A stretch of DNA of 64,000 bases from Desulfobulbaceae bacterium (GCA_027859235.1 JAQIBE010000263.1:3568-67567), one strand, 5' to 3'; positions 38,823-47,264 are shown, counted from the stretch's first letter. Translations and numbers: made by a program. The notes: generated from the letters alone by a model not told the origin.

Positions 38823-40904
38823 TTATACTGTCCTACCCCTATTAGCAAGAAACCCGATATGTTGCTTACGATCAGGCTGCTTGAATGCTATTTCTGCCTT
38901 TAACCCCCGGATTATCAGCTCAGGCTTCAACTTCAATCCACTTATTCGGGCTTTCCTTACCACAACAGCAAAATCACCAGGGGTAAGAAATCGACATTTC
39001 TCTAGTTCGCATCGCCATTGTTTTTTATTTTCCAATTCCCCCCCTTCTTCTTCAAAAACAGCCACAAAGAGACTCCATGCCTGATCCGATTTTAGGTAAT
39101 CAAACTTTATTTTCAAATCAAAACGCCGGAGTGAAGCCTGATCAAAACAGTCCATCAAATTAGTGGAACACACAAAAACACCGTTATGCCTCTCTATTTG
39201 CGTTAACAGCTCATTAACCTGGGTTACTTCCCAAGTATGACGGGCTCCACTACGATCACGAAGAAAACTATCGGCTTCATCAAGCATTAACACAGCTTTC
39301 TCGTAGGTGGCCTCATAGAACATATTGGCAATGTTGGCTTCCGTCTGCCCGAGATACGGGCCAAGCAGATCAGAGCCTCTTTTGACCAATAATGGCCTGT
39401 CCAGTTCTTTAGCTAAATAGCGACCAAACTCAGTTTTCCCTGTGCCAGAAGCGCCATAGAGACAAAGCCGCCCTTCCCCCTGTCTTTGGAGCCCCTGGAC
39501 AATCCCATGTAAATCATGATCGGAATTGACCGCATCAAGGCAATATCTAACATGGGGCATCGCCTCAACAACTGGCTGCCGCGGATACCCCATAGCCATC
39601 AAAGTAGATTCCAGTAGAATTTCAAGCTTCTTTTCTACGTCTTGAGGGCTTTCCATTTTCTGGCACTGCACAACACCAACAGCTCTTGCAATGACTGCTG
39701 GTGCGATATTCTTATTATCAGCCAAAAGCTCCAACCAGTCTTGACTGACCGACAGACCCTCTAGGTAGCCAGTAAGAATCTCAAGCCTCGTTGACCGTGG
39801 AGGATGATCCAGATGGAGCGCAATATCAAAGCGTCGAACAAAAGCACTTTCCGCATGACGTATATCATTCGCAATCCAGATGGCCGGCACTTGGTTGTTT
39901 TCAAGACTGTTATTAATGCTCGCTTTTAGATTTAGAGCCCCTCCAAACCCCCTGTGAAACCCGGAGTTTTCCAACAAACTATCAATCTCATCAAAAAGAA
40001 GAATTGTATTTTTCTGTCTGGCCAATACCTGTTGTGCCAACTGAAATGCTCTCAGCCGCTGTGGTTCATCAAATGGTCGTTCTTCACCACCGATACTTAC
40101 TTCATACAGTTTGCAACCAATCGTCTTTGTGACCGTCTTTGCAAACTGGCTCTTTCCAGTACCAGGAGGGCCGTACACCAGGATATTTACCCCTTTTACA
40201 TGATGTTCGCAGGCGTGCTGAATATGCGCTTTAACCAAGGCAAAGTGATCGCCAACATGCCGATAATTGTTTTCATCCAATTCAGGATTACTAGCTGGGG
40301 TGAAGTAATACTCTAACAGGGTTTCGATAGTACCCTCAGGCTCCTGGAGTGCATTAGCTAATCCTTCCAACAACTCAAGGTGATCGTAGACCAGGTGCTG
40401 TGATCCACCCATGATGTTTCCAACCTTTAACAAGCCAGACTGACCCAGCAAACCCTGCCGGGAAAGTGCATCACAGACTTCTTGACGTGGAAGAGCAAGA
40501 ATGACCGAAAGTGCAAAGACAAGACGCTCTACATTCCCTTCCCCCAAGGTATTCATTATTTCCTGAAGCCCTACGTCCTCCTGCAGCACAACAGTGAACA
40601 CCAATATCTCCCTCTCTGCATTTTTCAGCCCAAGATACTCCGCAATCTTCTTGCCATTTCGGGCTAAATTCTCATTGAGTCCGGCCGGTTGTTTCTCAAA
40701 CTTCTCCCTCTGCTTCCTTAGCGTTTCGACAAATTCCTTTTTTGTCATCTCCTGATCAACAAGATGATCTAATCCAATAGGGGCAAGGATGTCTGGGTCA
40801 GAGGTAAAATTGTAATGTTTTCTCTGCAGCATTTTCCAACCTTTGAGCTCCATTAAAACTTTCAAAGCCCACAGAGAAACTTGATTCTTTTGTTTTTTAT
40901 TCAT
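38823..40904 (-). CDS. tandem AAA+ ATPase (two classical AAA modules) with a helical N-terminal domain
   Basis: 693-aa ORF. Module 1 is ILVYGPPGTGKSQFAKT...ILLFDEIDSL. Module 2 is LCLYGASGTGKTEFGRYLAKE...VLMLDEADSFLRDR. Confidence 0.8.
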   Translation of the reverse strand: MNKKQKNQVSLWALKVLMELKGWKMLQRKHYNFTSDPDILAPIGLDHLVDQEMTKKEFVETLRKQREKFEKQPAGLNENLARNGKKIAEYLGLKNAEREILVFTVVLQEDVGLQEIMNTLGEGNVERLVFALSVILALPRQEVCDALSRQGLLGQSGLLKVGNIMGGSQHLVYDHLELLEGLANALQEPEGTIETLLEYYFTPASNPELDENNYRHVGDHFALVKAHIQHACEHHVKGVNILVYGPPGTGKSQFAKTVTKTIGCKLYEVSIGGEERPFDEPQRLRAFQLAQQVLARQKNTILLFDEIDSLLENSGFHRGFGGALNLKASINNSLENNQVPAIWIANDIRHAESAFVRRFDIALHLDHPPRSTRLEILTGYLEGLSVSQDWLELLADNKNIAPAVIARAVGVVQCQKMESPQDVEKKLEILLESTLMAMGYPRQPVVEAMPHVRYCLDAVNSDHDLHGIVQGLQRQGEGRLCLYGASGTGKTEFGRYLAKELDRPLLVKRGSDLLGPYLGQTEANIANMFYEATYEKAVLMLDEADSFLRDRSGARHTWEVTQVNELLTQIERHNGVFVCSTNLMDCFDQASLRRFDLKIKFDYLKSDQAWSLFVAVFEEEGGELENKKQWRCELEKCRFLTPGDFAVVVRKARISGLKLKPELIIRGLKAEIAFKQPDRKQHIGFLANRGRTV

Positions 40905-41035
40905 GATGAATACCGTCCTATTTTACATATTATATTTGGCAAGATTTTCGCGACTATCATATTCAGGGCTTGATTGAACGCATGACTGCCGTACTCAGTT
41001 TGCGTTTTTGGCAACCCACAAGTCACAACAGTCTG

Positions 41036-41224
41036 TCAAAATCCACATTGCGAGCAGATGATTTTCAATTCTTTCCCGTTATAGATAATCACATCATTGC
41101 CAAGAAAATGGCCGAAGGTGACATGATGCCCACAATCAAGTTGGAACTTCTGATTTTGTAATGATTGAAGATACGACCGCAACACCTCTACATCCTGGTA
41201 TTCGGCCTTTTGCTTGCTAGTCAT
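41036..41224 (-). CDS. small putative zinc-ribbon protein
   Basis: 62-aa ORF with C-x-HH ... C-x2-C (LDCGHHV...ICSQCGF). It overlaps the upstream gene by 8 nt. TGA stop. Confidence 0.45.
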   Translation of the reverse strand: MTSKQKAEYQDVEVLRSYLQSLQNQKFQLDCGHHVTFGHFLGNDVIIYNGKELKIICSQCGF

Positions 41225-41747
41225 TTGGTCTCAAAAAGAAGGTTTGAGATGGATAGATAAGTACCGGCGTCTCAGAGTTGAGCTCCGTTGTTGAACAGTG
41301 CCTACGGTTAACAACTTTGCGACCATCAGAATCATTGAGAATCATCTGCTTAGAGGTGATTTCCTTCACCACAGTCCAGTGCCCCCATTTACTGGTTTCG
41401 ATGACTATGATGACTGATCGTGGCTCATCTGAATTCAAAAAACCAGTAAGCGTATCCCAATACTCGTCAATAGACACCTTTGCCCTTCGGTGGAATGGTT
41501 TTGTTCGGATCAGGTCATATTGAGGGCAAATGATGTCCCTGAGGATAATAGAGAGATCAACTACGGAGATTCCGGTTGTGATGTAAACTGAGGCAGGCTT
41601 TTTCTTCTCAAGGGTCAAAACAGCTTCATAGAGCAGATCACTCCCTTCATTGTGGCTTATCCTTACTATGAGTTTAAGGGCATTAATCACAGCGTATATA
41701 CCACAAAGACCGTCAAGCTGACCTTGCCTAAAGGGCTCCCGCTTCAT
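41217..41747 (-). CDS. papain-fold (C39-like) cysteine peptidase domain protein
   Basis: QGQLDGLCGIYAVINAL (Gln, then catalytic Cys-Gly) and a later KWGHWTVV (His) fit a C39/papain-like dyad. ATG 41747 forms an ATGA overlap with the DUF2958 stop. The track start at 41810 would overlap by 66 nt. Confidence 0.5.
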   Translation of the reverse strand: MKREPFRQGQLDGLCGIYAVINALKLIVRISHNEGSDLLYEAVLTLEKKKPASVYITTGISVVDLSIILRDIICPQYDLIRTKPFHRRAKVSIDEYWDTLTGFLNSDEPRSVIIVIETSKWGHWTVVKEITSKQMILNDSDGRKVVNRRHCSTTELNSETPVLIYPSQTFFLRPND

Positions 41748-42064
41748 TTGAAAATAATCCCTGGAATATCTTTGGCAGGTCGTACTTTCCAAAATTCTTC
41801 CAACTCGCAATCTACTTCAAGAAAGCCAGCCTTAAGCTCCTTTAGTTCAGAAAAAGATACGTAACCCCACTCCGCATTAAAATAGTCACTATTCAAAATG
41901 GCATAACCAAAAAACAAGTCATTGCCGTCATATTCCGCAATGTACCAATCACAACCACCTATGAAAAAATGTAAATAAATGAGCTTATATCCAAGCTCAA
42001 TATCCTCCGTCGCGTATAACTTTGGGATCTGGGCAAGCCGGTCTTTAGTTGGTTCATTCCACAT
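41744..42064 (-). CDS. DUF2958-family protein
   Basis: 106-aa ORF. LYATEDIELGYKLIYLHFFIGGCDWYIAEYDGNDLFFGYAIL...EWGYVSFSELKEL matches the DUF2958 pattern common on ICEs and plasmids. Confidence 0.7.
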   Translation of the reverse strand: MWNEPTKDRLAQIPKLYATEDIELGYKLIYLHFFIGGCDWYIAEYDGNDLFFGYAILNSDYFNAEWGYVSFSELKELKAGFLEVDCELEEFWKVRPAKDIPGIIFK

Positions 42065-42094
42065 GGTTTTCTCCTTTAAAAATGATTAAGTAAA

Positions 42095-42115
42095 AAATCG
42101 ACACAGTGTCGATTT
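42095..42115. promoter_or_regulatory. perfect palindrome AAATCGACAC-a-GTGTCGATTT 30 nt upstream of the DUF2958 operon start
   Basis: 10-bp arms seen directly. It is a candidate operator. Confidence 0.3.
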
Positions 42116-42127
42116 CCACAACGTAAA

Positions 42128-42157
42128 GAGGCCATCTCAAATCAATGAGACGGCCTC
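42128..42157 (-). terminator. hairpin downstream of the integrase gene
   Basis: gaggccatctca-aatcaa-tgagacggcctc (one mismatch). The T-tract is weak. Confidence 0.45.
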
Positions 42158-42184
42158 GGGTGAAACATTATTTTCGTTTACGCT

Positions 42185-42820
42185 CTACTCTATCAACATG
42201 TTAGCGAGAGATTGATTAAGTTCAGGTAAGACATTAGCATACAAGGCTGTCATATTAAGGCTGGCGTGACCCAGTTGTTTCTGGACAAAGCGTAGATTAC
42301 TTGTCTTCGCCAGAAGCAACGTGGCATAGGTATGCCGGGAGCTATGAATCGAGTAGTGAAGTGGAAGGTTTGCTGCTGCCACTGCCTTCTTGAAACTTAT
42401 TTCAAGGGCTGTGGTTGTGTAGTGGCGACCTGATCTACCAGCAAACAGTGGTGAGTCTTGACTAGCAGACTCCTGCCAGGCTCTTTTATGTGCAATATAT
42501 TGTCTTAGGTGACTAGCAATCTCTTGATCAAGGTAGACATCCCTTTTCTTTCCATGAGCGCCACGCCCCTTCCCGTGCCTGACTATCAGATAGTTATCTT
42601 CACCATTAACGAGGTGCAAATCACTCATCTTGAGAGCCGCTATTTCTGATACCCGTAACCCTGAATTAAGGGCCAAGTGAACAAGCATATACCGGGTCAC
42701 CCAAGTCTTACGGCCACACTTGGCATCCTGAGCCGCATTATATGCGCAGATAGCAAGTAGGCGTGAGACCTCGTGAACCGACAGAAACTTGTCACGGGTA
42801 ATGGAGTACCCGTTTCGCAT
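42185..42820 (-). CDS. tyrosine recombinase/integrase, catalytic domain only
   Basis: 211-aa ORF with GLRVSEIAAL (Arg), HSSRHTYATLLL (H-x-x-R), LGHASLNMTALYANV (His, Tyr). There is no N-terminal core-binding/SAM-like domain. Confidence 0.85.
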   Translation of the reverse strand: MRNGYSITRDKFLSVHEVSRLLAICAYNAAQDAKCGRKTWVTRYMLVHLALNSGLRVSEIAALKMSDLHLVNGEDNYLIVRHGKGRGAHGKKRDVYLDQEIASHLRQYIAHKRAWQESASQDSPLFAGRSGRHYTTTALEISFKKAVAAANLPLHYSIHSSRHTYATLLLAKTSNLRFVQKQLGHASLNMTALYANVLPELNQSLANMLIE

Positions 42821-43520
42821 CGGTTTACCTCTAATTGTGTTTTGTGGGATTACTACAGATAGATTTTCTGGTCATGACAACCAACCAAATCAATTTGGTA
42901 TTATAACATATTTTGCAAAAAATGTCAATAACTAATTGATTTAACGTCCTTATTGCTACTTGAGGTTGTCGCAGAATTGGCAAGCATTACAAAATAGCTG
43001 TATTCTGATAGATGACCTAAATATTTTTTTTTGCAAATCTTCCTGGCTTATATCCTGATGCAACCTGTGGTTAAATTGGCAGCGTAATAATCAGTATATA
43101 TTCAACTTAAAAAAACGTAGGATGCTGTTCAAACGAGAGGAGCCAGCTCTTTAATGAGTAGCATGGCTAAACGGAGTTGCTTAGATCTGACTGGGCAAAT
43201 ATCAGAATCAGGCTTTATTAAATCCGAAATCTGACATTATCAGGAAGCATCTCAACTTGCAGTTTTGCTTAAATTGTTATGATTGCCAATGCATTATTTA
43301 GCTATGGTTCAAATTAGAAGAAATTAAAGTATGGTGTTCCCGATCTGCTTGTGTTTGAAATATAATTAACAAATTGGAACAACATTTTCAATTAATGACC
43401 TGTCCAGTTTCCCAAAACACCTCTTGTCGCTAAGTTCAAGGTTGGCAAAAAAAACTGGGCGAAAGGGTAAAATGTCCTTGGGGAAAGAAGGCGAGACTTC
43501 AGTGCTTTACCAAAAAGAAA

Positions 43521-43612
43521 TGGAGCGGGCGACGGGATTCGAACCCGCACTAATGGGGTGGCGCCCCGAACAGGCTCTGAAGGCCTGCGTGCTACCGTTA
43601 CACTACGCCCGC
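43521..43612 (-). tRNA. UGA-reading tRNA (anticodon UCA) with tRNA-Gly-type acceptor/discriminator and an aberrant long variable arm
   Basis: The reverse complement reads GCGGGCG-TA-GTGT-AACGGTA-GCAC-G-CAGGC-CTTCAGA-GCCTG-TTCGGGGCGCCACCCCATTAGT-GCGGG-TTCGAAT-CCCGT-CGCCCGC-T-CCA. All four stems pair, U8 and the GG/TTCGAAT loops are present, and CCA is encoded. Confidence 0.8.
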
Positions 43613-43672
43613 TCAAAAAGTTACTTATAGTTTGTTTACTCTGAAATATCAATATCTGCTGGAGGTTCTTTA

Positions 43673-44374
43673 TTGGCTAGGAAACTAAAACATATCGTCT
43701 TTCCTTTGAAGGCATTTTTAGATACCAGGCGAACCTTCAAGCTTCCTGGAGCTCAAGAGGGGGCAGGATTATCACCACTTCTTGAAATCAGAAAGCGACG
43801 TGGCGAAGCACTGCTTGTGGAAGCTTTTTTTAATTTTATGGAGGCGGCAAATGTAGCTGACCCATCTCGTCAATTAGAGTTGTGGGACACTCTGATTTCT
43901 AAGGGTGGCTATATCCTTGACTTGGCTCAGCGTATTGGCTTAATGAACTGTTTTACGACTTTGCCAACAAAAAAACCTGAGCAAGCAGCCTATGTTGCCT
44001 GGTGTATTTTTTTAGACAGCTTGCGCCGAGAAAATGATACAAATCTGAAAAATATAGCAACCAAAAGTTTATTCAAACATTATTTCATCGGCCTATACCC
44101 AGAAAAAAATATCAAAAAGAAAGAGAACCTTCTCACCCTGCGCCGTCGACTCGAGGGCAAGTTGCGCAGGCATTGGGGGCTGAATATGGAGTTAAAAGAA
44201 TCTTTCACAACAGAGAATGATAGCTGTGAGTTTTCAATACGTATAAAACCTTATGAAGAACCGCAGCAAACATTAATTACTCATACAGGAACGAGGCTGA
44301 AACCGACAAAGATTGAAGCTTACAACTTTTTACTGAAGGGTATCTCGGAGGGAATGTATAGACCCGAGAAGTAG
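43673..44374 (+). CDS. hypothetical protein (TTG start; possible dsRBD-like C-terminus)
   Basis: 233-aa ORF. GGAGG lies 7 nt upstream of TTG 43673 and an in-frame TAG at 43628. No family recognised. TAG stop. Confidence 0.5.
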   Translation: MARKLKHIVFPLKAFLDTRRTFKLPGAQEGAGLSPLLEIRKRRGEALLVEAFFNFMEAANVADPSRQLELWDTLISKGGYILDLAQRIGLMNCFTTLPTKKPEQAAYVAWCIFLDSLRRENDTNLKNIATKSLFKHYFIGLYPEKNIKKKENLLTLRRRLEGKLRRHWGLNMELKESFTTENDSCEFSIRIKPYEEPQQTLITHTGTRLKPTKIEAYNFLLKGISEGMYRPEK

Positions 44375-44953
44375 AGCTGCCTGAGGTCGTCAGTTTTCAG
44401 CTCGGCTCGACAAGTAATCATTGAATATGCTTTTCTGTAACCTTCGCACCAGGTTAGTTTGTGAGCCGATGTTATAGCTGAGTGTTAATCTCATGGGTAA
44501 TATTTGGGGGGGGCGGTCCTAACTATTGAAAATTATTTAGAATAACCCCCTTTTTTTGTTGACCTTATTTTGTGCATCTATTAGTTATAACCTCAAGATA
44601 ATTTAGAGGTTTTTAAAAAGAAGTCATGTAGCTAAATTATAATGTAACAGTTTCTCACCTGCTTGTCAGTTGGTAGACCTGGCTCATCACCAGTCATCGC
44701 CAACAGGGACAGCACTCTCCGATTAGAACGGACTGTAATAGGTGTCGCAAACAAAGTTATGAGTAGGTAGTTGTCGAGATTCGATACCTGGGTAACTGGG
44801 ATGCATATCGTCAGGTAAGTGACTACATGCTTAAAACAATAAAGATGGTTGCGATATCCAGTTGACGCGTTTGAAGGGAGTAAGCGATAGTAGCTCTGAT
44901 TAATTTGTATATTATATACCCTGCATTTCTTGAGTTAATAGTTAAGGATATTT

Positions 44954-47056
44954 ATGAGTAAACATACAGATCAGAAGAACTCTTCGTCATTTGACGATTG
45001 ATTGCATAACCCCAAAAATATTTTAGAAAAACATAGCTGAAGAAAAGTATATTTAATTTCAGCCCTCACTGCATTATTCATAGCGTCTCCAGCTTTAACA
45101 TTTTCAGCAGGAGATGATCTTGTCAGATCTGACGACCCCATATCATTAAACTCTGAAGAGACAGGGACTCGGTGACGTTTGGCCCATGAGTTTACCCTGA
45201 AATCAGATGCCACGACCAGACTTTGGTTAACGCCTGAATATAGCGACCTGACCAAGTTTAGTGTACGCGCAGGTCTGGCATACATGTTTACCAATAACCT
45301 TGGTGCAGGACTTCTAGGGTCCCTTGGTGAAGATAAAAATGAAATCCTGGTAAATGCTGGTTGGCAGTTGGCGGATAATCACCGTTTTGTGGCTACCTTT
45401 AGCCATCTTCAGCAAAATTTAGAGTTTAACTTTGTCTCAGGTGAAGACGAAGCAGAGATCACCCAGAATAGTGGGGGGTTGAGTTATCAATACCTCGTTG
45501 CCAAAGGCATCCTCAATACCGTTGAGTTAAACGCCTATCTTGCCGACACCGGCAGCGAAAAGCTTACCGACAAGACATATGGCATTGATACCGCAACCAT
45601 ATTCGAACTATGGAACGATCCTCGTCGTATTGCCGGGGGTAAAGTTACAGGTATACAGAGTAAGATCACCCTTCTTCCATTTTCTGGGACGATCTTGACA
45701 CTAGGCGCCGGTATGGAAGAGTTGGAGTATGACTATCTTGCTGGAGCAGATAAAACCAGTAGGGCGACGGGTGAGGTTGAATTAACCCAAGAACTACCTG
45801 GCAACTTTCTTCTCGATGCCTGATTTTCAACCATGGCCGCGATGGATACTTGTAACATTGGTCTCGCCAAGGATTTCTCTGGTCATCAACTTGGCATAGG
45901 TTATACCAATATTCAAGGTCGAGATGGCGTTTTGAACGATAATCAATATACTCTTTCATACAGCTATACTTTCGGAAGTAGCCAAAACACTTCAACCACA
46001 AGCGGTAGAGACACGCTAGCAACAGCTTGAAGTCCTGATAAAGAACCTGCTAACCCTTGGTCAAGCTCCCTGCTTAATCAAATCGCCAAACGCCCCAGTT
46101 TTCTGCCATCTCAAGTTGTTGCCAAAGTCGACACGACTGTTGAACAGGAACGACTTATCGCCATTGACAAAACAGGCATGTCAACCGGAGCAACCATTGA
46201 TTCCGATACTGGTATTATAACCGTCCCTCTAGGTGTTGCCGTTACCACTATAGCCTGAATTACCCTTGATGGTGGTCCATTCACCAATACGGGTCAATTC
46301 AGCTTGACTAGTGATGATATCATTATCAATCCTGATCTCATCACTGAACCTGCTGTCTGAGATACGGACCTGTATGTTGTCACTGTCAACAATTCTGGCG
46401 GTGGTACAACAGTAGTTTCAATTACCGTTAGCCACGGTTCGGTACAGATTGACAATATCACTGTGACAAGTTGAGATGCGTCACTAAACATCACAAGTGT
46501 TGCATTCTTCTGAGCTATACCGAATCAAACAAACGCTTCATATAATAATCTTATATTAAAGACTAACGTAGATATCAAATCTATTGATTCGATAGTTGCA
46601 TCTTTAGGTTGAGCAGTAACTATTACCTGAATCAGCGGAGACCAGGTTTCATTCAACTGGACAGGAACACCAACAACATGAGCTAACACATTCACCCTAA
46701 TAGCAACAGCCAACAACGACCAAGAAACAACAACTTCAACAACAGTTACAATGGAAACTCCTAACATAGTTCCAACTTTAAATTCAGTTTCTGTTTCATG
46801 AACTACATTAATTAGTGCTTGAGGTGATAATTATACTATTGTTCAACTTACTGATGAAGATATTACCTTTACTGCTAATTGAACCGATGCAGATTGAGAT
46901 AATTTGAAAATAGTGATTAACTGAACAATATATAATTGAACTTCAGAAACTATTACTTTAAATTTAGCTCAAGGTGAAATAGTACAATTTTATATTAAAG
47001 AGTTTGATTGAACTGATTATAGTAATGAAATATTGGTACAAATTGCATGAAGATAA
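44954..47056 (+). CDS. UGA-recoded ORF (700 codons, 20 in-frame TGA, probably read as Gly): inverse-autotransporter-like adhesin with an N-terminal beta-barrel and C-terminal Ig/cadherin-like repeats
   Basis: ATG 44954 has AAGGA 5 nt upstream. The frame has no TAA/TAG until TAA at 47054. It shows a signal-like KVYLISALTALFIASPALTFSA/GDD, a beta-rich half ending YTLSYSYTFG, and repeats containing TAN-x-TDAD-x-DNL. A terminator follows directly. The standard code yields only the fragments 45179..45823 and 45833..46030. Confidence 0.65.
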
Positions 47057-47090
47057 AAAAAATGAGATTAAATCTCGTTTTTTTTTTTTA
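47055..47090 (+). terminator. hairpin plus T11 run directly after the recoded ORF
   Basis: aaaaaaaatgagat-taa-atctcg-ttttttttttt. The A-tract and T-tract flank a short stem, so it could act bidirectionally. Confidence 0.6.
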
Positions 47091-47264
47091 TATATATTTT
47101 AACATGATCAATTACTGAAAATCCACACCAAGAACAGTAACCCCTCGCAGCATTTTTGTTGCTCTTGTTCATCTCTGGTCTTCGAGCAACTAAGGGTCAA
47201 ATCTTTATTGTTGACACTTGCAACCAACACGCTGAAATCAGAAAAGAAAGTTACGCTTTACATT

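Noticed and set aside
43519-43614. Alternative fold of the UCA tRNA with a 9-bp acceptor stem (GAGCGGGCG/CGCCCGCTC), as in 9/4 tRNA-Sec or allo-tRNAs
   Set aside because: The two extra pairs use flanking GA/TC and destroy the encoded CCA end. The 7/5 fold with U73-CCA, U8 and a normal 4-bp D-stem is simpler. I keep the alternative in mind because of the long variable arm.
43392-43652. ORFs 43392..43652 (-) and 43424..43630 (+)
   Set aside because: Both overlap the tRNA gene, and their sequences are low-complexity read-through of structured RNA.
45179-46030. ORF-track entries 45179..45823 (214 aa) and 45833..46030 (65 aa) as two independent genes
   Set aside because: They are in the same frame and separated by a single TGA. 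They continue upstream to ATG 44954 and downstream to TAA 47054 through only TGA codons, so they are treated as pieces of one recoded ORF.
44954-47056. Reading the 20 in-frame TGA as selenocysteine or as tryptophan (code 4), or calling the region a plain pseudogene
   Set aside because: Twenty Sec codons, eight of them within ~84 codons, leave no room for SECIS hairpins, so Sec is implausible. Trp fits the repeat motifs poorly (D-A-D-W-D versus the common D-x-DGD), and TGG is already used for Trp. Random decay would also have produced TAA/TAG stops and frameshifts, and none are seen. Trp and pseudogene status still need a homologue alignment to exclude formally.
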